DNA of 64,000 bases from an uncultured Actinomycetes bacterium (GTDB taxonomy: Bacteria > Actinomycetota > Thermoleophilia > RBG-16-64-13), in contig CAVQNN010000003.1 of NCBI GenBank assembly GCA_963714175.1, forward strand, positions 520,201 through 584,200. The letters run 5' to 3'. The notes beneath the pieces were generated by a model that did no database searches, had not been told where the DNA came from, and saw only the letters and a list, made by a program, of their open reading frames with translations. A program made the position numbers and the translations under genes. Positions 28,005 to 39,895 of this stretch are shown piece by piece. Positions within the stretch are counted from its first letter, which is position 1. Each line of letters starts with the position of its first letter.

Positions 28005-30803
28005 TCAGTGCCCGAGGAAGTACTTCGGAGGCGTCAGGTCCTCGCCGCGCTGCTTGGCTTCCCAGCCGGCCTTGACCTTGTCGGGAGTCGCGGGCAGAGC
28101 GTAGACACGGACGCCGCAGGCGTTGTTGATGGCGTTGATGACCGCCATGTGGTTGGAGCTCTGGAAGACTTCGGAGCAGCCGCAGGATCCATGAGGTCCG
28201 GCCGGACGCGGAGTCTCCTGGAAGATGAGGTTGAAGTCGTCCGGAATCACGTCGATGGTGGGGATGCCGCAGCCGACCATGTTGCCGTGCTTGTCCTCCG
28301 CGTCGTAGTCCTCGCTGAGAGCGAAGCCGATGGAATGGGAGATTCCGCCGTAGCCCTGGCCTTCGACGGAGAGCATGTTGCCGACAACGCCGACGTCGCC
28401 GACCCAGGTGAATCTCAGAACCTGGGTCTTGCCGGTGTTGACATCGACCTCGACCAGCGCGACGTTGACGCCATACATGTAGGTCGGGTTCTTTTCGCCT
28501 TCGCCGGTGTTGGGATCGAGTCCGGGCGGCAGACCGATGTTGAACTGGTCGTAGTGGCCGACGTACTTGGTGGGAATATCTTCGGCGACCATTTCGGCGT
28601 AGGTGCGATAGGTGCCGTCCTCCTTGCGCATGGCATCCATCAGCTTGCTTGGCGGCATCGATGGTGGCGTTGCCGGCCATGTAGTGGGAACGGCTGGCGG
28701 CGGCCAGGCTGGTGTCCGGGCAGGTCTTGCTGTCGTTCATGACGAGCCTCACCTGGCTCGCCTTGATGCCCAGAGGCGCAAGCGCCTTCACGGTGTGGGT
28801 CAGCGTGCCGATGTCGCCGCCCTGGCCCATGTCTTCCCAGGTGTTGAAGTGGGTGATGGTGCCGTCGGCGTTCAGTTCGAGGGCTACCTCGGCATGGTCG
28901 AACATGCCGATGGTGATGATGAACCCGCCCATGCTCATGCCGACGCCCACATGCCTGCCCTGAGCCTTGGCCGCCTCGGCCTCAGCCTTGTACTGGTCGT
29001 AGATCGGCTTGGCCTTCTCGAGCAGAGTCGGATAGACATATTCGTGATAGGGACGGCTGTTGATGGTGAGGTCGCCCGGCCTGGCCGCGTTCTTGTAGCG
29101 GAACTCCCAGGGATCGATGCCGGCCTTCTCGGCGGCCATGTCGATGAGGGCCTCGGTGGTGGTGTAGATCTGAGGAGAGCCGAAGCCGCGGTAGGCGGTG
29201 TTGAACGCATGGTTCGAGGAACCGCCGCGGGCAAGGGCCTTGAAGTTGGGGATGTTGTAGCCGTGGAATCCGACCGAGACGAGGTTGTTGAAGATGGGCC
29301 CACCGACGACGTGCGTAGGCGCCGTGGTCGAGGGCGATGTCGTATTCGGCGGCGATGATCTTGCCTTCCTCGTCGCAGGCGATGCGGCCGTTGGTGAAGG
29401 TGGCCGACCTCTTGCCGGTCATGTGGTTGAACTCGTCGTAGCTCAGAGTCAGCGTGCAGGGCATATCCAGATTCTGGACGGCCGTGACGACCAGCGCATA
29501 GGTGTTGGAGCTGACCGTGTAGCCGAAAGAACCGCCAACGTGGTTCAGGATGCATCCGGATGTTCTCCTTGGGGATGCCGCAGGCCATGGACACGAACTC
29601 TCTGTTCTCCGTCAGAGACTGGCACTTGCACTGGATGGTCATCATGCCGTCAACGCCCCAGTAGGCCTGAAGGACATCCGGCTCGATGGGCAGATGAGGC
29701 TCATGCTGGGAGTGGAAGCTGCCCTCGGCGACAACGGGAGCCGTCTCGAACAGCTCGGCGGTGTCCTGGCCCTTGAAGACGGGCTGCTCCATATAGAAGT
29801 TGGGCAGGCTCTTCGTGGAGCTGGATGGCGTTGGGCATGACAGCTTCGGGGAAGGTCATGTAGGCGGGCAGGATCTCCAGGTTCTGCTTGACCTTCTTGG
29901 CGGCCGCGCGGGCATGCTCCTCGGTGTCGGCTGCGACCAGAGCCACCACGTCGCCGCGCCGGCAGATCTTCTTGCCGGCGATGACGGGGAACTCCGTGAT
30001 GCCTTTGCCCTTCTGGCGCGCGAGTGTGGACGGGAGACGCCATGTTGTTGGTGCCCTTGACGTCCTTGGCGGTCATGACCTTGATGACGCCGGGCATCTG
30101 CTTCGGCTTCACTGGTGTCGATGCTGATGATGTTGGCGTGAGGAACCTCGGAAAGCGACGACGGCGAGGTGGGCGGTGCCTTCGGGCATCTGCAGCTTGA
30201 CATCATCGCCGTAGTCGGCAAGACCGGTGACCTTGGCCAGAGCGGTCGGCCTGGGGTGCTTGGATCCGTAGATTTCCTTCTCACCCTCGAAGTCATAGGT
30301 GATGTCTTCCATGGTGGCTTCGCCGCGCATGACCTTGGCGGCCGCCATCACGGCGTCGACCAGGGGCTTGTAGCCGGTGCAGCGGCAGATGTTGTGGTGA
30401 TCCTTGAACCACTCGCGGACCTCTTCGCGGGTGGGAGAGGCGTTCTCGGCCAAGCAGGCCGTAGGCGGAGACGATGAAGCCGGGGGAGCAGAAGCCGCAC
30501 TGGGCGCCACCGTAGGTGATCCAGGCCTGCTGCAGGGGATGCAGGTGCTGAGGAGTGCCGATGCCCTCAATGGTGGTGATCTCGCTGAATTCGGGCACCC
30601 GTCTTCATCTTCTTGGTGCAGGAGCGAACCACTTCGCCGTTCAGGATCACGGAGCAGGCGCCGCAGACGCCGGTGCCGCATCCGATCTTGACGCCGGTGA
30701 GGCCCATGCGGCGGAGAACCACCGCCAGAGTGTCCTTCTCGGGGTCGCAGACAACGAATCTTTCGACGCCGTTGATCTTCAAGCTCATTCTTGCGAGTTT
30801 CAT
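28005..30803 (-). pseudogene. Mop-type molybdopterin aldehyde oxidoreductase, single polypeptide (2Fe-2S domains + MoCo domain), copy A; many frameshifts
   Basis: Start MKLARMSLKINGVERFVVCDP...GCGTGVCGACSVILNG (2Fe-2S). Further pieces: second Fe-S domain [54 protein letters not shown], the MoCo domain, and C-terminal ALPATPDKVKA. These match the Desulfovibrio-type Mop architecture. Fragments lie in all frames. Confidence 0.7.
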
Positions 30804-30981
30804 GTTCTCTTCCCTATCCCATAGACGACACGGTTCACTTGCTGTTGCGCGGGTGCCGCAACGGCTGCACCCCTGATCTCGTATGACCACGGGCTACACC
30901 GGCTCCCACAGACCGATTTCGCGACTGTGGAGGACGGTGCAGCCCGTGGGCTACACGTTCGCCTCTTTCGAGGCCCGCTAC

Positions 30982-33816
30982 TTATCCGATCGGGTTGGCC
31001 TTGATCATCTCCAGCTCTTCGTCGAAGTCGGAGCCGAGGAAGTACTTGGGAGGTGTCAGGTCCTCGCCGCGCTGCTTGGCCTCATACGCGGCCTTGACCT
31101 TGTCGGGAGTCGCGGGCAGGGCGTAGACACGAGCGCCGCACGCATTGTTGATGGCGTTGATCACTGCCATGTGGTTCGAGCTTTGGAACACCTCGGAGCA
31201 ACCGCAGGAACCGTGAGGTCCGGCCGGACGCGGCGTCTCCTGGAAGATGAGGTTGAAGTCGTCGGGGATCATGTCGATGGTGGGTATGCCGCAACCGACC
31301 ATGTTGCCGTGCTTGTCCTCCGCGTCGTAGTCCTCGCTGAGAGCGAAGCCGATGGAATGCGAGATGCCGCCGTAGCCCTGGCCCTCGACGGAGAGCATGT
31401 TGCCGACCACACCGACGTCACCGACCCAGGTGAACCTCAGTACCTTGGTCTTGCCGGTGGCCACATCGACTTCGACCTGCGCGACGTTGACGCCATACAT
31501 GTAGGTGGGGTTCTTCTCGCCCATACCCGTGTTGGGGTCGAGTCCCGGAGGCAGACCGATGTTGAACTGGTCGTAGTGGCCCGACGTACTTGGTCGGGAT
31601 GCCTTCGGCGACCATCTCGGCATGAGTGCGGTAGGTGCCGTCTTCCTTGCGCATGGCGTCCATCAGCTGGTTGGCCGCGTCGATGGTGGCGTTGCCGGCC
31701 ATGTAGTGCGACCGGCTGGCAGCGGCCAGGTTGGTGTCGGGGCAGGTCTTGCTGTCGTTCATCACGAGCCTCACCTGCTCCGGCTTGATGCCCAGAGGAG
31801 CAAGCGCCTTCACGGTGTGAGTCAGAGTGCCGATGTCGCCGCCCTGTCCCATGTCTTCCCAGGTGTTGAAGTGGGTGATGGTGCCGTCTGGGTTCAGCTC
31901 GAGAGCCACCTCGGCGTTGTCGAACATGCCGATGGTGATGATGAAGCCGCCCAGGCTGATGCCGACACCGACATGCCTGCCCTCGGCCTTGGCCGCCTCG
32001 GCCTCAGCCTTGTACTGGTCGTAGACCGGCTTGGCCTTCTCGAGCAGAGACGGATAGACGTAGTCCTGATACGGACAGCTGTTGATGGTGAGGTCGCCCG
32101 GCCTGGCCGCGTTCTTGTAGCGGAACTCCCAGGGATCGATGCCGGCCTTCTCGGCGGCCATGTCGATGAGGGCTTCGGTGGTGGTGTAGATCTGAGGAGA
32201 GCCGAAGCCGCGATAGGCGGTGTTGAACGCGTGGTTCGTGGAGCCGCCGCGGGCCAGAGCCTTGAAGTTGGGGATGTTGTAGCCGTGGAATCCGACGGAA
32301 ACCAGGTTCATGAAGATGGGGACGACTGCCGTAGGCGCCATGGTCGAGCGCCACGTCGTATTCGGCCGCGACGATCTTGCCTTCGTTGTCGCAGGCAAGC
32401 CGGCCGTTGGCGAAGGTGGCCGACCTCTTGCCGGTGGTGTGGTTGAACTCGTCGTAGCTCAGAGCGTCAGCGTGCAGGGCATGTCCAGGTTCTGGACGGC
32501 GGTGACCACCAGCGCGAAGGTGCTCGCGGCGATGGAGTAGCCGAAGGAGCCGCCGACGCAGTTCAGCAACATGCGGATGTTCTCCTTGGGAATGCCGCAG
32601 GCCTGGGAGATGAATCCTTGGCTCTCCGAGAGGTTCTGGCACTTGGACTGGATGGTCATCATGCCGTCGACGCCCCAGTAGGCCTGGACGACATCGGGCT
32701 CGATGGGCAGGTGAGGCTCATGCTGCGAGTGGAAGCTGCCCTCGACCACAACGGGCGCCGTCTCGAAGAGCTCGGCCGTGTCCTGTCCCTTGAAGACCGG
32801 CTGCTCCATATAGAAGTTGGGCATGGTCTTCGTGGAGCTGGATGGCGTTGGGCATGACCGCTTCGGGGAAGGTCATGTAGGAGGGCAGGACCTCCAGGTT
32901 CTGCTTGACCTTCTTGGCGGCCGCGCGGGCATGCTCCTCGGTGTCGGCTGCGACCAGAGCCACCACGTCGCCGCGACGGCAGATCTTCTTGCCGGCGATG
33001 ACGGGGAACTCCGTGAGGCCCTTGCCGCTTGTGCGGGGAACGTGCAGCGGGCCGGCCAGGTTGTTGCTGCCCTTGACGTCCTTGGCGGTCATGACCTTGA
33101 TGACGCCCGGCATCGCGTCGGCCTCGGCGGTGTCGATGCTGATGATGTTGGCGTGATGGGCCTCGGCGAGGACCACGGCCAGGTGCGCGACGCCCTCGGG
33201 CATCTGCAGGGCCACGTCGTCGCCGTAGTCGGCAAGTCCGGTGACCTTGGCCAGAGCGGTAGGCCTGGGGTGCTTGGATCCGTAGATCTCCGTCTCACCC
33301 TCGAAGTCGTAGGTGATGTCGGCCATGGTGGCTTCGCCGCGCATGACCTTGGCAGCCGCCATCACGGCGTCGACCAGGGGCTTGTAGCCGGTGCAGCGGC
33401 AGATGTTGTGGTGATCCTTGAACCACTTGCGGACCTCTTCCCGGGTGGGAGAGGCGTTCTCGGCCAGGAGGCCGTAAGCGGAGACGATGAAGCCGGGGGA
33501 GCAGAAGCCGCACTGGGCTCCACCGTAGGTGATCCAGGCCTGCTGCAGGGGATGCAGGTGCTGAGGAGTGCCGATGCCCTCGATGGTGGTGATCTCGCTG
33601 AACTCGGCCACCCGTCTTCATCTTCTTGGTGCAGGCGCGGACCACCTCGCCGTTCAGGATGATCGAGCAGGCGCCGCAGACACCGGTGCCGCATCCCACC
33701 TTGACGCCGGTGAGGCCCATGCGACGGAGAACCTCCGCCAGAGTGTCCACCTCAGGGTCGCAGACCACAAACCTTTCGACCCCGTTGATCTTCAAGCTCA
33801 TTCTTGCGAGTTTCAT
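30982..33816 (-). pseudogene. Mop-type molybdopterin aldehyde oxidoreductase, copy B (tandem paralog, ~90% nt identity to copy A); many frameshifts
   Basis: Start and 5' UTR (GATAGGGAAGAGAAC ATG AAACTCGCAAGAATGAGC...) are identical to copy A. Same domain pieces, with indels at different positions. Ends ...YFLGSDFDEELEMIKANPIG*. Confidence 0.7.
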
Positions 33817-34356
33817 GTTCTCTTCCCTATCTCCAATCAGGAATCGACTCCATTGCCCGACAGCTGCCATGCTGGCTTCCCGCCCCGCCATTCTACCGTA
33901 TCTTTGGCGCTTTTCGTGAACGGGTGAAGGCCTCAATCAGCGGTGAATCGGGCGGCTGCGGAGGTCGCCCCGGCGACCACGATCTGGGTGCTCGGCGGTA
34001 CCTGATTGTGGGCTTGGGCCGCTGTTCTACGTCCCCACATTGTGTAGAATACGGTCCGGCCGGTCCATGTTTGGACGCTAGAAAGGAGGAGACATCGTGG
34101 TGCTTCACCGTAGAACCTGAGTCGGCGCCTGCGGTACACGTCGTGTGCCAGGCACATCGACCACGGCTCAAGCTGTCTCCTCTATCGGCCTGCCTCTCGT
34201 CTGATCTAGCCGCAAGTCCCCACTTCCGGCCCAGGTCCACAACCGGCCCGCTGCCAGAGCGAGACCGCCGGCTGCGACCGCAGCTACAAATGATCCACTG
34301 TTCGCGCCGCAGTGCTTGCGCGCTGCGCGCGCTCACATCACAAGGAGAACGTAGCA

Positions 34357-35202
34357 ATGCATCGTTGGAAACTGCCCTTCATGATCCTCGCCCTCGTACT
34401 TCTCGCGAGTCTAATGGTAGTCGGCTGCTCCGGGGGCGACGAAAGCGACACCACCATCACGAGTGTCGACTCAAGCGTCACAACCGTCACGGCCGCGGCA
34501 AACGACGCCTCTTGGCAGACAGTCGCCGACCGGGGCAAGCTCGTCGTCGGTCTGTGCGCGGAGTACCCTCCGTTCGAATCGCGCGATGAGGCCGACAACG
34601 CCCCCGTCGGCTTCGACGTCGACCTGGCCAACGCCCTGGGGGAGAAGCTGGGTGTCGAGGTCGAGGTCGTGGACGCCGCCTGGGAAGGTCTGCTGGGCGG
34701 GATCCTCAAAGGCGACTACGACGTGCTCATCACCGCCATGTCTCAACAAGAGGCGGCCGCTGAGAGCGTCAACATGAGCGATCCCTACTACGACTTGGCC
34801 GAGGTTATCGTCGTCGCGGCCGACGACACCAGCATCGCGACGGTCGATGATCTCGCGGGCAAAGTGGTCGGAGTGCAGAGCGCCTGTAGCGCGGAACAGG
34901 CTGTCGACGCTCTCACCGAGCTCAAAGAGGTCAAGCGCTACAACCGCAACGCCGAGGCCTTCCTCGATCTCCGCGCCGGCCGGGTGGACGCGGTCGTGGT
35001 GGGAGAGGCCTACGCCGCTACGGAGGCCAAAGGTCAAGAAGGAATCAAGGTGGTCGACGCGGATGTTGCCACCAACTCCCTGGTGTTCGTATCCAAAGCC
35101 GGGGGCGACGCGCTCACTGCCAAGCTCAACGAGGCTCTCGCTCAGCTCAAAGAAGACGGCACGTACGAGCAACTGGTGACCAAGTGGTTCTCCTTCAACT
35201 AG
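34357..35202 (+). CDS. Polar amino-acid ABC transporter substrate-binding lipoprotein (family 3)
   Basis: RBS AAGGAGA. Lipobox LMVVGCSGG. SBP_bac_3-like body (GKLVVGLCAEYPPFESRD...GDYDVLITAMSQ). Confidence 0.85.
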   Translation: MHRWKLPFMILALVLLASLMVVGCSGGDESDTTITSVDSSVTTVTAAANDASWQTVADRGKLVVGLCAEYPPFESRDEADNAPVGFDVDLANALGEKLGVEVEVVDAAWEGLLGGILKGDYDVLITAMSQQEAAAESVNMSDPYYDLAEVIVVAADDTSIATVDDLAGKVVGVQSACSAEQAVDALTELKEVKRYNRNAEAFLDLRAGRVDAVVVGEAYAATEAKGQEGIKVVDADVATNSLVFVSKAGGDALTAKLNEALAQLKEDGTYEQLVTKWFSFN

Positions 35203-35206
35203 ACAC

Positions 35207-35872
35207 ATGAACCTGGACTTCAGCCACGTCTGGAAATCCGCCTCGTTCATCCTCTGGGGCGCCTCCCATACCCTGGAGATCAGTCTGATGGCGTTCGTCC
35301 TGGCGCTCCTCATCGCATATGCGGTGGGGATTGCCAGGGCGCGCCGGCCCTCCCGCTGGCTTTCTCTGCCTTTGGGAGCCTATGTGGAAGTCTTCCGGGG
35401 AACGCCGTTCCTCGTCCAGGTGTTCCTCATCTACTACGGTCTGCCGGAGATCGGCATCGTCATGAACGCGTGGACCGCCGGCGTCGTCGGCCTCGCACTG
35501 AACAGCGGTGCCTACATGTCCGAGGTGGTGCGCGCCTGTCTCCTTTCTGTCGATCGCGGCCAGGGCGAGGCCGCTGAGGCTCTGGGCTATGGACGGTGGC
35601 AGGCTCTCCGGCACGTTGTCCTGCCCCAGGCCACGCGCACTGCCATCCCGCCTCTGACCAACTCGCTGGCCTCGCTCCTCAAGGAGAGCTCTCTGGTATC
35701 GGTCATCGCTATCACCGAACTCTTCCGCGTGGGCAATATCATCTACGCGAGAACGATGGCGCCCTTCGAGATCTACCTGACCATAGCTTTCCTCTATCTG
35801 GTCATGACCTCAGCCGTGACACTCGCTTCCCGCCGACTGGAAAGGGCGAATCAGAAGTGGTCGATTTCCTAG
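35207..35872 (+). CDS. Amino-acid ABC transporter permease (HisM/GlnP family)
   Basis: 221 aa with the EAA-like motif EAAEALGYGRWQALRHVVLPQA. Confidence 0.85.
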   Translation: MNLDFSHVWKSASFILWGASHTLEISLMAFVLALLIAYAVGIARARRPSRWLSLPLGAYVEVFRGTPFLVQVFLIYYGLPEIGIVMNAWTAGVVGLALNSGAYMSEVVRACLLSVDRGQGEAAEALGYGRWQALRHVVLPQATRTAIPPLTNSLASLLKESSLVSVIAITELFRVGNIIYARTMAPFEIYLTIAFLYLVMTSAVTLASRRLERANQKWSIS

Positions 35873-36597
35873 AGGTCAGAGAGGTGACCAAGTCTTTCGG
35901 AGACCTGAGGGTGCTCGACCGGGTGTCGCTGTCGCTCGAACCGGGGGAGATCGTCATGCTCATCGGCTCGAGCGGTTGCGGCAAGAGCACTCTCCTCCGC
36001 TGCATCAACGGCCTGGAGCCCGTCGACTCGGGGAAGGTGGAGCTACGCGGGCAGACCCTGCAGGGCAGATCCCGCGAGGCCCGGGAGGCGCGCAGGAGGG
36101 TGGGCACGGTGTTCCAGCACCTGAACGTGTTTCCTCACAAGACCGTGCTCGAGAACGTCGCCAACCCTCTGCGAGTGGTCCGCGGTCTTGAGAAGAAGGA
36201 GGCGGCCGCGGTCGCGGCGGAACAGCTGGCGCGTGTCAAGCTGACCGACAAGCTGGCCGACTATCCGGTGAGCCTCTCCGGGGGTCAGAAGCAGCGTGTG
36301 GCGATCGCCCGAGCACTGGCCATGGAGCCCGAGATCATGCTCTTCGACGAGCCCACCTCTGCTCTCGACCCGGAGATCGCCTATGAGGTGCTGGACACTA
36401 TCCACGACCTGGCCTCCGAGGGTCTGGCCATGATCATCGCCACTCACCAGGTGAACTTCATCGGCAGCTTTGCCCACCGCATTGTCTTCTTGGCCGACGG
36501 CAGGTTCGTCACCGACGGCCCTCCCGAGGTGGTTCTTGAAGGAACGGATGATCCGCAACTGAATCGGTTCCTGAAGCGGCTGCGGGAGAACACGTGA
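35860..36597 (+). CDS. Amino-acid ABC transporter ATP-binding protein (GlnQ-like)
   Basis: GTG start overlapping the permease end. Walker A GSSGCGKST and signature LSGGQKQRVAIARAL. Confidence 0.85.
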   Translation, partial: VDFLEVREVTKSFGDLRVLDRVSLSLEPGEIVMLIGSSGCGKSTLLRCINGLEPVDSGKVELRGQTLQGRSREAREARRRVGTVFQHLNVFPHKTVLENVANPLRVVRGLEKKEAAAVAAEQLARVKLTDKLADYPVSLSGGQKQRVAIARALAMEPEIMLFDEPTSALDPEIAYEVLDTIHDLASEGLAMIIATHQVNFIGSFAHRIVFLADGRFVTDGPPEVVLEGTDDPQLNRFLKRLRENT

Positions 36598-37800
36598 CCG
36601 GCGTGATCACGGGGCAAGGGCAACGGCAGTGGCGGCGATTCTCGCCCTTGGTACTCAAGGACAACGAGACCGAGGCGCGCGAGCGTCTGCGCGCCTTCCT
36701 GGACGGGGCGAGTCTGGGCGATCGCCCGGCCCTGTGGGTGGTCGCCGACGTCGAGAACCCGTGGGCCGTTCCGCCCCTGCCGGGCGACCGCAAAGGACCA
36801 CCGATCCTGTCCTACAAGCCGAACTCGCCAGATCCCTCGGAGTACCCGATCCAGTGCGCAAGGCCGCCGATCTCGACCCTGCCTGGCACATCGGGCGAAT
36901 CGATAGCGCGCTCGCGAACACCGCCTTTCTCGCGGAGGCCATGCCTACAGCCAGTGTGATGGTTGGCACCGATATCACCGACACGACTGTTCTTCTGGGC
37001 GGCGACTACGACTACATCCATGGGGAGGCGATCATCCGGCGAGACCCCCGGATTCTGGAGTACCCCGTGCCCGCGTTCGATCCCGGGCATCCATTCGTCC
37101 AGCGACTCGAGGGCGTCTACCGTTCCGTTGTCGAGCACGTGGGCCGAAGGGCGTTCGTGAATACAGTGATGACCCTGGATGGCGTTGACTACGATGTCCC
37201 AGCTCAGTGGTCCTCGGGACTTGTGTCTGGACCTCATGCGCCGTCCGGATTGGGTCGTCGAGCGGACGATCGAGATCACCCGGCTGAATATCGCCCTTCT
37301 ACCGGCATTTCTACGGTCTGCTGCGAGACCTCGGCCACGGCGAATCGAGCGCATGGTTCCACACCATGGCTGAAGGGAGGTTCGATTGTCTGAGAGCAGA
37401 CTTCACGTTCATGGTATCCCCGTCGATGTTCGAGCGGTTCGCCGTCCCCGAACTGCGGATGCAGAGCGAGTCGCTCGACCATTCTCTGTTCAACATGGAC
37501 AGCGTCAAGATGCTCCGGTTTCTGCGTCCGCTGGCGTGGATACCCAAGCTCGACGGGATCTACTGGAACCCGGAGCTGCCGCACCGCAGCTTGCGCGCGT
37601 GGATCCACGCCTTGCGCGAGATCAGGCGGTTGGGACTGATCGTGGAGGTGACGGCTGTGGATGTCGAAGAGGCCTGCTTTGTCGCCCACGCCCTTGGTCC
37701 CGACGGTCTCCTGATCGCATTGCCGCGGTTCTCGTCGCCGGACGAGGGTCTGGCCGCCATCGAACGAGTGAAGAAAGCCTGTAAAACCCAGTCTCCCTAG
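36594..37800 (+). pseudogene. Second URO-D-family (MtaA/CmuA-like) gene, fragmented by at least three frameshifts
   Basis: Fragments in three frames. The C-terminal SPSMFERFAVPELRMQSESL...LRPLAWIPKLDGIYWNPE matches 16141-17403 (MSIEQFETFYWPQLKSILETL...). An internal piece is DLCLDLMRRPDWVVERTIEI. Confidence 0.5.
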
Positions 37801-37813
37801 GAAAGGAGCTCCT

Positions 37814-38312
37814 GTGAAACGTGGGAGGAAAGTGGCCGTGGTCGCTCACTGCCTGCTGGACGTGAACACCAAGGTCAAGGGGTTGGCGACATATGCCGGG
37901 AGTCCATCCAGTGGTGCGCGAGCTGATCTCGGAGGACGTGGCCATCATCCAACTGCCCTGCCCGGAGGTGGCCCACCTGGGCATGCGGCGGTGGGGGATG
38001 ACTAGGGAGCAGTACGATGTGCCGGCCTACCGGCGGCTCTGCAGTCGCCTGGCCGAGCCTGTCGTGGACACGTTGACGGAGTTGGTCGGCGACGGATGCG
38101 AGATCGTGGGCGTGTGGGGGGTAGATGGCAGCCCCAGTTGCGGAGTGGAAGTCACCTGCGAGGGATTCTCGGGGGGCGAGCTCGAATCGCTGGGGGCGAT
38201 CCCATCGAGCGCCCACGTTCCCGGCGAAGGGGTCTTTCTCTCGATCCTGCGGGAGGCCTGTTCTCGAGCGGGGCTGGACGTCAGTTTCCGGGCGGTTGCA
38301 GAGGAGGAATGA
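37814..38312 (+). CDS. DUF523-like (2-thiouracil desulfurase-like) small protein; one frameshift near nt 37900
   Basis: MKRGRKVAVVAHCLLDVNTKVKG (frame 2) continues as HPVVRELISEDVAIIQLPCPE...VWGVDGSPSCGVE (frame 1). Confidence 0.5.
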
Positions 38313-38446
38313 ACTGGCGGCGGCGTTCGCCAGATGGCTCGGGCGCGTCGGCACTAACACAAGAGTCCACTCTCGCACTATCATAGTAGCCCGACCATGG
38401 GAAGGGTCCAGCTCGAGCACGTACTACCTGGCACAAGAGGGGACAG

Positions 38447-39883
38447 ATGATCAAGTTCAGCGAGCAGCAACTCAAAACGCCCAAGTTCATGCGACCGGTG
38501 TATCTAGTGAGCGCCGGTCAGTCCAAGTACGACAGGGCGAACCCGTACAAGAGGACCGAAGAACTATGCATCGACGCCCTCACCATGTCGGCGGAGCTAC
38601 TCGGACTCACCCCGGCAGAACTCAAGAGGTACATCCATACCTGCTACTACGGGCATTTTGCCGATCATTTCGGGGACCAGCTCCTTGGTGAAGCCCTGAT
38701 CCACGATCGCCTAGGTCTAGATCCTCTCGGCAACACCGGCGTCAAGTCGGGCGGCGCGACAGGCGGCTCGACCATCTGGGAAGCCGCGAAGGCGGTAGCG
38801 TCCGGCTATTCGGACTGCACTCTCGCCATGGGGTGGGAGCGGATGGACGAAGTGCCCACCGACGAGGGCAACTTCCTGATCGCGGCCGCGGCCGACAGAG
38901 ACTGGGAATCTCCCATGGGGCAGATCTACACGGGCTACTACGCGGTCATGGCCCAGAAGTACTGGCAGGTGTTCGGCAAGGCGGAGGCCTCGTTCCGGCG
39001 CACTCTGGCCGAGATCTCGGTGAAGCACCACGGCTACGCCCGCTTCAACCCGTTCGCTCACGGCGCCATGAAGATCACGGTCGACGACGTTCTGATGTCG
39101 CCCATCATCGCCGACCCGCTTCGGGCCCTCGATGCCTGCCTCATGAGCGTAGGCGCAGCCTGCGTGATCCTCTGCGACGAAGCCACGGCCATGGAGCTGA
39201 CCAAGAACAGCAAGAACAAGCCGCTCAGACTCTTCTCGACCGCCGGTTCACACACTCTGCGTCCCGCGGACAGACGCGATATGGACATACCGCTGCTTCC
39301 CAACGAGACGGCCGGACAGTACAAGAACCTGGGCAAGGAGTTCCCCGGAGGCGACCGCTATCCGGGCTTCACCGGCTTTCTCGCTGCCAGGATGGCGGCC
39401 TACTACGGCTACCGCATGGCGGGCGTCGTCGATCCTACGGAGGATTTCGACGTCATCGAACTGCATGACGCCTTCACCATCAGCGACGTGCAGACGTACG
39501 AGGACATCGGTCTGAGGCCATATGGCCACGGGCGTGACTTCGTCGAGTCCGGCGACTGCTACCACACCAACCCGCACACAGGCAAGCCGGGCAAGCTGCC
39601 TTCGAACCTCTCCGGCGGGCTGATCGGCTGCATGCACGCGGTCGGTGCCAGCGGCATCATGCAGGTGTTCGAGCTGGCGACGCAGATCTGGGGTCGGTGG
39701 GCCGAGATCCACGGCGACCCGAAGCGGTGGAAGGACTTCGGCAGGGAGAAACCCGCGGATTGGACCGACCTACAGGTCAAGGGCGCGAAGAGGGGCCTTT
39801 CCATCAGCCATGCCGGCGTGGGGTCGCACGTGACGGCCACCATCCTCATGGATCCCGACCATCTGATAAAGAAAGACGCGTAG
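38447..39883 (+). CDS. SCP-x-type thiolase family protein (BbsB/Ltp2-like)
   Basis: 478 aa. Thiolase-fold segments (TLAMGWERM, SNLSGGLIGCMHAVGASG) with a non-acetoacetyl-type active site. RBS AAGAGGGG. Confidence 0.85.
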   Translation: MIKFSEQQLKTPKFMRPVYLVSAGQSKYDRANPYKRTEELCIDALTMSAELLGLTPAELKRYIHTCYYGHFADHFGDQLLGEALIHDRLGLDPLGNTGVKSGGATGGSTIWEAAKAVASGYSDCTLAMGWERMDEVPTDEGNFLIAAAADRDWESPMGQIYTGYYAVMAQKYWQVFGKAEASFRRTLAEISVKHHGYARFNPFAHGAMKITVDDVLMSPIIADPLRALDACLMSVGAACVILCDEATAMELTKNSKNKPLRLFSTAGSHTLRPADRRDMDIPLLPNETAGQYKNLGKEFPGGDRYPGFTGFLAARMAAYYGYRMAGVVDPTEDFDVIELHDAFTISDVQTYEDIGLRPYGHGRDFVESGDCYHTNPHTGKPGKLPSNLSGGLIGCMHAVGASGIMQVFELATQIWGRWAEIHGDPKRWKDFGREKPADWTDLQVKGAKRGLSISHAGVGSHVTATILMDPDHLIKKDA

Positions 39884-39895
39884 GAGAGGCCGAGA

